DNA of 56,868 bases from Candidatus Iainarchaeum sp. (GCA_023129115.1 JAGMCR010000005.1:1-56868); one strand, 5' to 3'; shown: positions 12,001 to 18,331, numbered from the stretch's first letter. Numbers and translations are program-made. The notes: a model not told the origin generated them from the letters alone.

Positions 12001-12010
12001 GCAGCACCAT
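1..12010 (-). CDS. Giant hypothetical protein, at least 4003 aa, C-terminus beyond the left edge
   Basis: ATG at 12010 with AGGTGG SD and an in-frame TGA just upstream (12044-46). Translation MVLRKSTGDLRENLRRKKWDRLYAH... stays open to position 1. The track lists no minus-strand ORF in this frame, which is expected if there is no stop. The long plus-strand ORFs are its codon-register shadows. Confidence 0.95.
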   Translation of the reverse strand, partial: MVLRKSTGDLRENLRRKKWDRLYAHTAFVQSHAMGMRGPELEPLLVRLERAKVDEADAREKYGASRFSPFNIFRHEIHWSQTAWSGTRNIRAFLNTPITHEEASALNERHGRAGPLSYKAGDKVHKDLLLELYNNMSSRNSVAGQMERGYQGLGVNPNAQQDAAAQNPMQQTLENLAQRPQRTQDQVTDSVRHLGAAGMRQVLNELGIPEDQHEAITRVASPDMAYHNIGQSDMRALVNVHSNLRQFNAGLSPERVSAYGQMGDAIQRLIDKERAGQGRVTNLEFADLKDKAETSGIGTDIIQPLNRLQEGVYQEGELRQGLRQNLRTLIGGRDYRDLDEEQVFTAINALAQHSGVMAGAVPTPEGVPEEQNDSVKLTRLFNLKDRLGQITHFEDLTVEERMQLRNGLEVLNRRRGVIRDALEGVEGHEYRKALARLQDHIEQKKAKEIAEKLHQSIMDRQQEVQLVPAAAAPPGAEVPGAVPPGAVPPGAQPPAGAPQLTDMWDRVTRAYYHGDLGPRPEGEPGAEEGAEEGAEEAAEEGAEPLPVSDTASEMFRLLEATGEGTRGYTRANLDALMQLARQRSDQRIGTVDEALGSEYLGYLLVKGDHEKFKFIKSPRKKAQGRSLMRKLAEQLESDRDEGIAELATHPNAAIRRRVNELAAAEDLDALQRVAWKNWDNLDERTQRRAYMVLGVGRVLAARTPREKVAVLNHMKKNVMGHESYARVADDATHERLTKRARVALDRIEAVKQKNIERLVELFPDRTRDEFEGLSRERWQALEKQLATQYVSAVYGAQELAPVTKQLSVFMREQGLEYSPEEVQSFLGAAGKRDNKSLLSLEDALSSKSLGHMLFRGKDAKVKKADRQAAEMMLKVEKAIRNKKWDALEQFKQRYSDKMPQGTYDRVSEALSRYRMEDMSRGDAVEAADEVLADLRTSINLYPDRRARRRLEEAEDIVDNYREAPEWDGDEYAKLTRQINEVAYGKTEEEVKSRFGALGAAEGRRTADSYLRDFAEFMPNADANENYRAAQEFISDYEETGAWDAAQFAEVFSKLHAPMFEARLAEQEEGLRGRNREELLRVVGPDIDEIEADPDRNQGPEVDAALAALRDFVDEHGRRPATWNPQRFAREFGRRAKYVRGRLPIDSQVSRMLDDADIKHEEAWVKNTLAKYRINTLDDLANNKKAVKELRLTGTNAFTRFMQRRVRPGFRVRKEIKATVEERNEAAKALEEVMREGTPEEKAEAYEEHHSALPFETQREAYGDITAEDEEADISVPDISAKKLFPGEEPLKEKFDDAVGGLDRATASLYNPDYHEWARAWKKLRDLNPRRELRGIENRRQRREATIDWERERVGRLEDAQERVQNSWAALRQNARRQMGFRTGDSEAVREFKTDSRRYFERLGEKVTGSAEELEGKSISSMARTQRMLDMATVLEGMKEWPIELTPAQWAETVERLNGPEAKVLAYNDLQTERKQIQVEWNPMYGDVMNMARAHGVADETLFERVNPTAITLDERDIVANMDYAFTHEGTTYAVGDGVLAFEDEGGEAVVVDLFSDYLDVEGRTFNTRELMSELGDSYERVVADKILGDAKAQTGAFYVVTDKSRTLPVRIKRGGAVQIEDPAAERAFEAALRGELLDKFDDESEETHERVRDLFQRYGGNTVNEILGGHDGFRFDGRTLQYYGFTPEEEEAEFLEPDTHEDWHNVDSPITEGRFAAGSTLDETEVYNFSRTVRVSNQRLKWGEFDKANSASDNIDSLLGDAGLSEDTKALLQRFRFLGTLPADSAPEAETLVRLYRYVDGVEESKSRDWLFKRGTHELTATAEELEGKTLTIKITTDPDTGGTTHEEASIRDGKVTVEGRRYDLGNPLDRVELADLAERRNYPFRVGIKLDRNSVAKAIHSFQEKSAAADGYRNDYRLKGHMFLTKEGKRVKATEEVETTEWECWGGRFNREYFIRNGADTYSKAEMQANFSTQYAEMEEDMVRNRTIDTSYEKRLDDIRERQFLSLGYKIQNTKEVEDALGDDYQSVFVDQIIPAAQALPGEADFVDKLARLDGEFEGYTVADGKITFADAGGRQREVNTVLEAILLGGHITEASKLDSHFDVMLGRTDPITGKVTEMASPALLGELHGPREQCLEDFLSGVEDAYEPVADVITRLDADDTTEEDLLNAVRANPDVAERVTVMALVDSGQSVGDAKENYANFSANQRRRTLEAAVRDQRDTTYFGFLDAQMAELLVDKVPELGDKVAIRQLRADDATLTEAAARRRLARLDKKTVIDLALEDVEEDAFDQLVYMASRKLMEAGDASLLGQIEGEEFKAYVLDPATNRATEVATTVRGGKLNILGKEYNLFDPQDRAELSMLTDAATGHSLTAEAEAQGIMRPQYGRAKAVKKEIETKIKQNTGMFEPPERKPQVEIDDESYDIGGGAITIDGKFYSFARPADLIRLCKDSRENAGEDRDAFGPLLGAKGAFGGSAVYHKAVPKRIRVRRADGSRHEYTAAELEGERRTATGDEARRLDGWLDESYGLTYSTTDEGEKLVKVHEGTGREEVVRDVVYVKHGTPGAAVLKRAPRWVPGLGEVIESGAFVINGKPVKPEEVPEAIFRSEGSGRLREQMGANEFEKHWLVARAYNKARTSPSKRSKLVVESFPVEAADAIAGMHRVTRGWDDLEGEFSGSSARVTLLQHMAKLAGETPADTLRAKKDSVHAGLTVAERTVFEELQDKLVGTGRLDAAEGDRFGELDAKLAQWENGLRQNQPERFNDIIVAKNEILLLEHPDYALDAAYTAMNDFTTFTDSDKEEFAKYQALKKAGYDIISRCHGTLVGVRIAGNIKGTNIRDPRSLAAIRKAVSPADTKTPAARVVDGAIKYAKALKTGNARLAREFAVIDKEADKYALKMDKEQFKRQGELMRDRVSTVAWSENNPADYNIGDTEAMLDNYEKVLTDYEESDVKLEKAVAKAHLPIAKEMLRFLRGNVGFRETVAAYGREIKKINETDLPSKSKKTRKKLLRSAFKGMVGSIAENPRAIVRAFRNGTIVDKDKFTLYMPSKVKVGGKWVTKKDYWTEMALDRDLSRKISMRRGDFRTPLEHEDNLILRTTDEEEREKTLMKFDLDTVDYITQKRDGYRDLFPESMEDALTVDVERNVAFEPGEEEMMTYPHLDPAAAIVLHGDSPVEEEFRERSPSEYAKFFKFSTNRELVFIDIAKDLTRRGIIPEGLDGRIAFGMDYERSEDIMGIIRETMDGGQVNIEAARRRMREEGLLGVYDRIVANGRDIDYSALPESKYQKFRSMLKRLHMDTEDGPRFTDWVHAKKKLIAELGMGDKEERGAQIDQVNTEARRIRRALVEQTNDLLEDKQNELAEATEERDAASGYARPAAREQQLQEQLDDFDFALTYLDNFQNEIDAANEPHWLGAKGDAVSGVPFIDILNNPAYEECGFADEAKAFFGDHAFAGLAADGIRSSIRASRGDVVAQQRSIDRDEARAGEDTVTCTRKVERLEKQTELIKRLAEARKELGRVTPRAEEKLDAYQGFTPVAFDELRAVDTSATVKELSNVKSRPKLLRNKDQLFWSLGMTYELDHVQGDPSRWDADAQAHYKKEGQRLIYALLKDRVDASGDKVHDWEKPADVGGVPEETGATLLKELEEEGHITGGVRAYDRSSARGDKDTLILDAICHDALGVMPETVEEWADAIEALYDDRQFRRVLNQLEPHQKRWKGGDRTKVIAANTNRGKKIYKQYWNATLQGEVKRELIRRKRARDRGEEVTPAPRRPPARPPARPPAGEARPAGRPPTTRPPARGVPPAERPPARAVPPVAGPVVPIREAAETQLDARGFTTAKHTRMKRDLRGRELFFPAIRLGEEPVADYAGRLSRVAGESPIQHVTKETLDALRERALENIEVEEDWESEDFHEKMKHEVERYSPPLILALHPNMQETKYVKKLADEAGVMTPLIVRPRTLEALRTKALAESAKVGEIVDRSMARVDEREARRAAAEAAEPAGAA
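669..701. repeat. 12-bp tandem repeat encoding RPPA units in the giant protein
   Basis: ggcggccttgcc-ggtggccttgcc-ggtggcctt. Confidence 0.85.
10383..10439. repeat. 12-bp tandem repeat (GAEE units) in the giant protein
   Basis: tcggcgccttct about 4.7 copies, one variant. Confidence 0.9.
10538..10577. repeat. 15-bp tandem repeat (VPPGA units) in the giant protein
   Basis: tgcgccaggcggcac about 2.7 copies. Confidence 0.9.
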
Positions 12011-12024
12011 CGAACCACCTTTTA

Positions 12025-12039
12025 GTGCAATATTTGCAC
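12025..12039. promoter_or_regulatory. Palindromic operator candidate upstream of the giant gene
   Basis: GTGCAA-TAT-TTGCAC between a TATA-like TATATAA (about 12063-69, minus strand) and the SD. Confidence 0.5.
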
Positions 12040-12062
12040 AGAATCATTAGCGCGGTTCCTAC

Positions 12063-13010
12063 TTATATACCTTTTGTTAATAGGGCTGCAAAGAACTCTG
12101 GGTGGTCCGGCAGGCCCGCTATTTCGTTGGCCCGAGACCAAGCTGTTTCAACAAACCCTGTCGAGACAGTATCCGAGACAATAAATAGCGTAGAATAGAG
12201 CTCGGTTACTCCATCAGAACTCTCCAAGAGCTTCTTTGTTGTTTTGGCTGCTGTTTTGTAATCCTTTACCAGGCTGCTCCAGCCCGAAAAAACAGATGAA
12301 ACGCGCGTCAAAAAGGGCTCCAAGACGTCCCGTTCTCCCGCAGACAGCTTTTCTTTGATATCGAGCCATGGGACGAGCTTGTTTCCACAATCGTGCTTCT
12401 CCAAGAGGCTGATTACTGAAGCGTCTCGTATTGAGTGGGGTGAGTGCGCGAGGAATTTGTTGCAGTTTATTACATGCATTTTTCCGGCGCTGGTGCCGGC
12501 GAAGAAGCGGGAGAGCGGCATGTACCTGGCCTGCATGAGGGTGAGGTTTTCGAAGACGCCTGTGGGGCCGTAGTCCAGGAAGAGCAGCTTGCCGTTGGGC
12601 TTCAGCGACTTTTCGGCTTTGCCGAGGAAGTTGTGGAGCTCGAGCGGGATTACGGCGGTTGTGCCGCGGGGAATGGTGAGGCCGGAGCGCTTCATGAATG
12701 CGTTGGCCTGGCGGGACTGCTCTTTGGTGAGGTCGACGAGCTCGCCGGCCTTGGCGGCATAGAGCTTGTTGTCGATGTTGATTAGCTTGAGGCCGCGGAG
12801 CTGGGGGAGGCACTGCACGCAGGCGACGAAGTCGTAGTCTGCGGAGGCGTCGAGGGCGAGGGGGTCGTCGAGCACGTCCGGCTTCCAGTCCAGGAACTTC
12901 ATTTTTTTGGCAGACGGCCCGATTACTGCTGCGTCGCCTTTCCCGAGGGATTCCTCGAGTGCGAGCGAGAGCATGCCGCCGCAGGTCTCGACGAGGTCGA
13001 TTTCGAACAT
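12063..13010 (-). CDS. SAM-dependent methyltransferase-fold protein (possibly MidA/NDUFAF7-like, divergent)
   Basis: Class I MTase-like strands DYDFVAC and LKPNGKLLFLDYG; no clear GxGxG. Confidence 0.5.
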   Translation of the reverse strand: MFEIDLVETCGGMLSLALEESLGKGDAAVIGPSAKKMKFLDWKPDVLDDPLALDASADYDFVACVQCLPQLRGLKLINIDNKLYAAKAGELVDLTKEQSRQANAFMKRSGLTIPRGTTAVIPLELHNFLGKAEKSLKPNGKLLFLDYGPTGVFENLTLMQARYMPLSRFFAGTSAGKMHVINCNKFLAHSPHSIRDASVISLLEKHDCGNKLVPWLDIKEKLSAGERDVLEPFLTRVSSVFSGWSSLVKDYKTAAKTTKKLLESSDGVTELYSTLFIVSDTVSTGFVETAWSRANEIAGLPDHPEFFAALLTKGI

Positions 13011-13065
13011 CGCTTGCACTATGCAGCCGCGGAATTTATATTTGCCGGTGGAGCAATAGGGTGTA

Positions 13066-13206
13066 ATGGTTTTCGAGGTCGTGGCTGTTTTGCTGCTGGT
13101 GGCGGCGGGCTACCTGTGGGTCCTGAACCGGCGGGTGGGCGCTTTGCCCGCGAACGCGAGCCGGGAAGAGCCCTGGCTGAAGGACGAGGAGCTTGAGCTC
13201 CCGTAA
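13066..13206 (+). CDS. Small single-pass membrane protein (46 aa)
   Basis: MVFEVVAVLLLVAAGYLWVLNRR...; TTTATA and GGGTG upstream; below the track length cutoff. Confidence 0.65.
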   Translation: MVFEVVAVLLLVAAGYLWVLNRRVGALPANASREEPWLKDEELELP

Positions 13207-13238
13207 CTAATAAAAAGCGGGGCGGGTTATTCACTATC

Positions 13239-15734
13239 ATGCGCAGGGCGCTGCTGGCACTTTTGCTTTTTGTCGCCGTGGCATCGGCGGCTAACTTCAG
13301 CGCTAGCCTGGACCGCACCAACGGCACTTATTACACCCAGGACAAGGAGTACAGCGTAAAGGTCACTGTCAAGAACACGCACACAGCGAACAACAGCTAC
13401 TACGTGTTACTGCTCAGTGACGGGACGAGGGTGCTCATCAACAAGACCGATGGCGTGCGCTACGAAATCGAGGACCTGGAGCCCGGCGACACGCACTCGA
13501 AGACGTGGAAGATGAAGGTCACGAATGCGATGCCGTTCAGGTACACCGAGTATTTGGAGCTCCTGGTATCTGACGACTTGAACGACACCAGGAACGGCAC
13601 AATCGTTGAGGTCAAGACGCCGGAGTTCAGCAGCATAGAGGCGAAGCTGACCTACGAGCCGAGCAACGCAGCCACGGGAAAGCTGAAGGTGACGGCGGAG
13701 ACGTCGGAGGGCGACAGCACGAAGCGGTTCAACGTGACCTATTACCTCAAGAACAAGACCGGGGTGTGCATGAACAAGACCACGGACAAGAAGGAGTTCA
13801 CGGTCGACTTCGAGAACTGCAGCAGTGGCATATACGACTTCGTGGTCGAGGGCCATGCGGACAACTACACAAAGACGGACAAGACGCGCGACTTTTTCCT
13901 GTTCAGGAACCTCACGATTACCGCGCATTTTTACCAGTTGGAAGAATTCGGGTTCGAGCGGAACATTGAGCAAATCGGCTTTGTGAAGGGCAACGAGAGC
14001 CTGCGCGTCCGGGGCAGGGCGGTCTATGACGAGGGCACGGTGCTGGGCTATGGGCCGGACGACGAGAGGACTAATTACCTCAACATGACCATTTACAGCA
14101 ACAAAAAGGGCTCGAAGTACGACAAGACTTATACCATCCACCCCAGCGCGAACGGCAACTACAGCCTTTATTTCGAGGCGCCGCAGAACACGAGCAAGTA
14201 CGAAGTGACGATAAAGGCGTTCTCGAAGTACAACGAGGACAAGGACAAGTACGACTACAAGCCGGAGATAGAGTACAACTTAATTGTGAACAACACTGTG
14301 GACTACGCCACGGCGCCGCTGAACAACACGGGCGTGATGGCAAACCTTGGGATAAAGCTGGGCAACCAGAGCAGGGTGTTCAATGGCGGCGGCCTCGTGC
14401 TGGCCGTGCAGGTCACGAACAACAACTCCGTAAGCGTCACCGGAAGGCCCGTGCTCGTAGAGAAAAGCGGGGCAAGCCAGTTCGTGGTGGCGACGCCGGC
14501 GTCGGACACTGTGCTTGGCGGGCATGGCAGGGCGTACAGCCTAACGGTCACGCCAAAAAAGTACACGCGGCCCGGGGAGTACGACGTGGACGTGAAGTTC
14601 TCGACGATTTACGGCGCCCTTCTCACTCCGGTTACGCTGACCGTGCCCGCGGAGGACTTGATTGAGGGCGAGGTGAACGTGTTCAGGTACGTCGAGTACA
14701 CGAGCGATTCCACGGTCTCGCTGAAGCTCGTGAACCAGCACACTGCGAAGGCGACGGCGAAGGTTCGCGAGGACATCAGCAAGGACGTGGTTTCACGCAT
14801 TGTTGACATCCAGCACTTGCTTGGCTCGTGCGCAATGAGTGACACGGAGTGCAGGCTGGGGCACATACTGGAGAGCGGCACATGCAGCGACTGCGCCAGT
14901 GTCGACTGGAATGCGTCGAAGTGCTTCGTTGCGTGCGAGGGCAAGGGCAACCTCACCCAGGCGTGCCGCGCGAACTGCACAAGCCTCGCGGGCAACTGCA
15001 CTGCGAACTGCACGAACCGGACTGTCCTGAAGTTCTCTCCAATTTATAACACTCTCATCGACGCGGACCCGATTGTGGAGTGGAACGTTGTGGTGCCGGC
15101 GGGCGGCGAGGCAGAGGTCTCGTACTACACGGGGATGCTTGTGGACGAGGACTGGTTCACTGAGCCCGTTGTCGAGGCGTTGTTCGGCGCGACGCCAACG
15201 CCCACCGCGACACCCGTGCCGACTGTGGCTCCGGAGCCAACGCTCAACGCAACTGCTACGCCGAGGCCTAAGCCAAAGCCGCCGAGCGGGATTCCGCAGT
15301 GGATGCTTATTGTGATGGGCACTGTGTTTTTCCTTTTCGTGGCCGCGGGGATTGGGGTGGCTTACGTGTTCACGCAGAAGCGGGAATTGGTGGACGAGTT
15401 CATTGAGAAGTATGCGCCTGAGCACGAGCCAACGGAAGCCGAACTCGAGCGCATGAATGTCCGGAAGCTGTTCGTGACAGAGGAGCCGCCGAAGCCGAAG
15501 CCCGCGCCGGAGCCCGAGGTTCCGGAGGAGCCGAAGGAGTCCATCATTTCGCGGCTGGACAAGATGTTTTCGCCGAAGGAGAAGGGCAAGGGGCCGGAGA
15601 AGTACAAGCCGAAGCCGGCTGCCCCGCCAAAGCCGGAGGCGAAGCCCGAGAAGGAAGAAAAGAAGAAAGAGAAAAAGAAGCCCGACTTCAAGGAATTAAA
15701 GGAAATCGGGAAGGGCTTCGCGGACAACCTTTAA
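13239..15734 (+). CDS. Cell-surface glycoprotein with Ig-like domains, Cys-rich insert, C-terminal TM helix and P/K/E-rich tail
   Basis: Signal peptide, many NxS/T sequons, PT linker, hydrophobic helix WMLIVMGTVFFLFVAAGIGVAYV. Confidence 0.85.
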   Translation: MRRALLALLLFVAVASAANFSASLDRTNGTYYTQDKEYSVKVTVKNTHTANNSYYVLLLSDGTRVLINKTDGVRYEIEDLEPGDTHSKTWKMKVTNAMPFRYTEYLELLVSDDLNDTRNGTIVEVKTPEFSSIEAKLTYEPSNAATGKLKVTAETSEGDSTKRFNVTYYLKNKTGVCMNKTTDKKEFTVDFENCSSGIYDFVVEGHADNYTKTDKTRDFFLFRNLTITAHFYQLEEFGFERNIEQIGFVKGNESLRVRGRAVYDEGTVLGYGPDDERTNYLNMTIYSNKKGSKYDKTYTIHPSANGNYSLYFEAPQNTSKYEVTIKAFSKYNEDKDKYDYKPEIEYNLIVNNTVDYATAPLNNTGVMANLGIKLGNQSRVFNGGGLVLAVQVTNNNSVSVTGRPVLVEKSGASQFVVATPASDTVLGGHGRAYSLTVTPKKYTRPGEYDVDVKFSTIYGALLTPVTLTVPAEDLIEGEVNVFRYVEYTSDSTVSLKLVNQHTAKATAKVREDISKDVVSRIVDIQHLLGSCAMSDTECRLGHILESGTCSDCASVDWNASKCFVACEGKGNLTQACRANCTSLAGNCTANCTNRTVLKFSPIYNTLIDADPIVEWNVVVPAGGEAEVSYYTGMLVDEDWFTEPVVEALFGATPTPTATPVPTVAPEPTLNATATPRPKPKPPSGIPQWMLIVMGTVFFLFVAAGIGVAYVFTQKRELVDEFIEKYAPEHEPTEAELERMNVRKLFVTEEPPKPKPAPEPEVPEEPKESIISRLDKMFSPKEKGKGPEKYKPKPAAPPKPEAKPEKEEKKKEKKKPDFKELKEIGKGFADNL

Positions 15735-15758
15735 TAACCAGCGCATTCACTAACCAAA

Positions 15759-15830
15759 GGGAGCAATGAAGAGCCCTATGAGTCTTGAGCCCTTCGGGGC
15801 AATGAAATCAGACGGGCGGACGGAGCTCCC
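15759..15830 (+). ncRNA. C/D box sRNA with two guides
   Basis: Terminal stem gggagc/gctccc, C box ATGAAGA, D' TTGA, UUCG hairpin, C'-like ATGAAA, D-like CGGA. Guides match conserved 16S and tRNA-Met sequences under the N+5 rule. Confidence 0.8.
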
Positions 15831-15862
15831 CCCAACCTTTTTTTGCTATAGTCACAGCAATT

Positions 15863-15893
15863 GGGGGGTGGGCGCCGATTGGCGCCACCCCCC
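15863..15893. repeat. G6...C6 palindrome, copy 1
   Basis: gggggg tgggcgcc gatt ggcgcca cccccc. Confidence 0.8.
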
Positions 15894-15914
15894 GAGAAAA
15901 TTAGTGCCTGCGGC

Positions 15915-16706
15915 TCACTCCCCCAACAGCGGATTCTCGCACAGCGCGACCATGATGTAGACCGAGTAGTCTCCGGTCGAGGTGCCCGGCTCGGTCACGT
16001 CGACGGTGTCGTCCTGCCAGATGGTCACGATTGGCGGGTAGAGCCCGATGTCCAGGAGCTTGGCCTTGTCCCCGATGTACGTGTGCGAGTTTTTGGAGTA
16101 GAAGCTCACGTTTCCCCCCATGTAGTCGGGGCACTTGAAGGTGTTGTTGCCCGGGCTTGAGAGGTCGATTAATCCCTTGTATGGCCTGTCGTAGTAGCCC
16201 ACGGTCGTGGGGCTGATGCAGCGGGAGTAGCCGTCCTTGACAAATGTCATCTGGAACTCCTTGCCGAAGTTCTCGGCGCAGAAGAAGTCGTACACGTCGA
16301 TGAGCCCCATCTCGTTGGTCGTGCCGAGAAGGGTGTCGCCGGCGTAGACCTCGACGCCGGGTATGCACTCGCTGTAGAAGTCCTTGATGCGTCTGCAGTT
16401 CTTCGAGACGTTCAGCTCCTGCGCCCATAGCTGGCCGGCGTATTTGTCGGCCACGCGATGCAGCTGCTCCTCCAGGTCGGGGTTGATGGTGTCGGCGGTG
16501 TTTAGGTACAGGTGCCTCTCCCCAGTTGGCTCGGGGGGAGTTTCGTCGTTTTGGCCGATGGCGTTCAATTCCCTTGTGGCGTTCAATTCGGTTGTGGCGT
16601 TCTCGGCCGGGGTATCGGCTGGAGACGTTTCCCCGTCGCCCAGGCAGCCCGAAAGGAGGAGTGCCGGGAGCATCAACAGGATGGCAAGTGCTAGTTCTCT
16701 TCGCAT
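15915..16706 (-). CDS. Lipoprotein
   Basis: MRRELALAILLMLPALLLSGC lipobox. Confidence 0.85.
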   Translation of the reverse strand: MRRELALAILLMLPALLLSGCLGDGETSPADTPAENATTELNATRELNAIGQNDETPPEPTGERHLYLNTADTINPDLEEQLHRVADKYAGQLWAQELNVSKNCRRIKDFYSECIPGVEVYAGDTLLGTTNEMGLIDVYDFFCAENFGKEFQMTFVKDGYSRCISPTTVGYYDRPYKGLIDLSSPGNNTFKCPDYMGGNVSFYSKNSHTYIGDKAKLLDIGLYPPIVTIWQDDTVDVTEPGTSTGDYSVYIMVALCENPLLGE

Positions 16707-16805
16707 GGGTTGATATTGGTGGGGATTCTTATAAGCGTTTGCGCGTGGAAGGGGGGGTGTGATAGTAATTAACTGTAGTATTTTCCCACAAGGCAAATGA
16801 AAAAG

Positions 16806-17162
16806 TTAGCACCTGACGCGAATTCCTTTGCCGTCGAACAAGACTGTGTAGGCCTCGCCTTTGGTGAATTCGCCGGTGCATTTTATGGTGGTTTTGGTGT
16901 TGAGGATTAGGTAGTCCACGGGCGCGGTGCAGCTGGCGTTGTTCTCGGGGACCTTGATTTCGTGGAGCGGCACGTGCCCGCGCGCGAAGCTGTGCAGCTC
17001 CAGCTCAAGGGACTTGCTGGTGCAGCGGGAGTGGTGCTCTCCCTCGAAGTGGGTGTAGGTGGCCCCCGTAGCGGGAATGGTGAGGAAGAGGAAGGATGCC
17101 GCGGCTGCGATTATGAAGAACAGCATAATGGCGAACTCGATTCCCTGCATTCCTTTTGGCAC
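16806..17162 (-). CDS. Small pilin-like protein (class III signal peptide-like)
   Basis: KGMQGIEF followed by a hydrophobic helix and a short Cys-containing beta domain. Confidence 0.6.
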   Translation of the reverse strand: MPKGMQGIEFAIMLFFIIAAAASFLFLTIPATGATYTHFEGEHHSRCTSKSLELELHSFARGHVPLHEIKVPENNASCTAPVDYLILNTKTTIKCTGEFTKGEAYTVLFDGKGIRVRC

Positions 17163-17177
17163 AAGCCAAAAACTCTT

Positions 17178-17276
17178 TCAGTGCTTATAAGCCTTTTTCC
17201 AAATCACCCAGAACGACACTATCGCGAGCAGGAAGAACACGAGTACGGGGGTTGCCTGGATCCAGTCCATGGGCAT
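17178..17276 (-). CDS. Small membrane peptide (32 aa)
   Basis: MPMDWIQATPVLVFFLLAIVSFWVIWKKAYKH. Confidence 0.5.
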   Translation of the reverse strand: MPMDWIQATPVLVFFLLAIVSFWVIWKKAYKH

Positions 17277-17365
17277 GCATAGGGGCCGGGAGAATAAAAG
17301 GGTTGGAGTTTGGCATGCAACGACAATACAAATAAAAACCATGAAAGGGAATACACCGGGTTATC

Positions 17366-17893
17366 ATGGAACACGTTGTGCAGCAGCAGACAATGGTGAG
17401 GGGGGCTGTTGCCGGGGACGCCGAGGCAATTGTTGGTGTGGCGCAGTCTGTTTTGCTGCCCAACCTGTCGACGACTTCCAGGGGCTTCTTGAGGAACAGG
17501 TACACCAGGGAAGTGTACGAGAAAAAACTTGGCTCGTCGCCGTATTGCCTTGTGGCCGAGGAAGGCGGCGAGGCCATTGGGTTCTTGATTGCTTATGAGT
17601 CGCAACTGCTTGTGCCGGAGAACGAAGTGGAGAAAGAAATCGTGCGGAAGCACTCTGGGTTTGTCTATATCTGCCAGGCGGCGGTCCGGCCCGAGCACAC
17701 CGAGAAAGGGGTTGGCACAAGGCTGTACGAGCGCCTGTTAAAGGAAACCGGCGGCAAGCCGTTGATGTGCGTGATTTCTTCAAGGCCCCGGAACAAGCCG
17801 TCCGAGAGGTTCCACGAAAAAATGGGCTTCAAAAAGCTCGGCGAAGTCACCGAAAAAGACGGCACGAAGTGGTGGGTTTACAAGAAAGAATAA
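17366..17893 (+). CDS. GNAT family N-acetyltransferase
   Basis: YICQAAVRPEHTEKGVGTRLY motif A; N..S..FHEKMGF motif B. Confidence 0.9.
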   Translation: MEHVVQQQTMVRGAVAGDAEAIVGVAQSVLLPNLSTTSRGFLRNRYTREVYEKKLGSSPYCLVAEEGGEAIGFLIAYESQLLVPENEVEKEIVRKHSGFVYICQAAVRPEHTEKGVGTRLYERLLKETGGKPLMCVISSRPRNKPSERFHEKMGFKKLGEVTEKDGTKWWVYKKE

Positions 17894-17964
17894 AAGAAGG
17901 GCCGCAACCAGCTGAAACTCAGCTGGCACGTTGTCCGTGCCCCTTCGGGGCAGCGGACTAAAAC

Positions 17965-17992
17965 AAGAAAAGGTGGGGCCGCGGCCGTGATT
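17965..17992 (-). repeat. Duplicated tRNA-His 3' end (att-like)
   Basis: aagaaaaggtggggccgcggccgtgatt versus 18121-18148 aagaaaagggagggccgcggccgtgatt. Confidence 0.85.
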
Positions 17993-18132
17993 CAGCGTCC
18001 CTAGGGGGAGCGCAGCTCCCCCTGGCTACCCTGGGAAGCCCACCCCCTCAGCAATACTATATTGTTATCACAAGGAGAAATAGTTTTTCTTTTGGCAACT
18101 TACATTTTCTTTTTTCTAAAAAGAAAAGGGAG

Positions 18133-18208
18133 GGCCGCGGCCGTGATTTGAACACGGGTTAGGCGGACCACAACCACCCGTACTAGACCAAGCTATACTA
18201 CCGCAGCC
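18133..18208 (-). tRNA. tRNA-His(GTG) with encoded G-1, no intron
   Basis: Cloverleaf GGCTGCGG...TTGTGGT...CCGTG-TTCAAAT-CACGG-CCGCGGCC; full CCA not encoded. Confidence 0.95.
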
Positions 18209-18277
18209 ACTGTGGGAGTTGATTTTAGGTCTTTGGTTTAAAAAGAGTTACCTTCGGGGCGGCGATAGTGGCCTTAA

Positions 18278-18303
18278 GGGGGGACGCCAATTGGCGTCCC
18301 CCC
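18278..18303. repeat. G6-CAATTG-C6 palindrome, copy 2
   Basis: Perfect 26-bp palindrome ggggggacgccaattggcgtcccccc. Confidence 0.9.
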
Positions 18304-18331
18304 AAGTTTGGGTTGGGTGTCAAGCCCCCAA

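Noticed and set aside
221-12025. Long plus-strand ORFs such as 6899-10342 (1147 aa) and 2501-4192
   Set aside because: They are in codon register with the giant minus-strand gene and have the L/V/R/P-rich composition of antisense shadows.
17976-17992. Split-tRNA half, as in Nanoarchaeum tRNA-His
   Set aside because: It covers only the T-loop to the 3' end, and an intact tRNA-His is adjacent.
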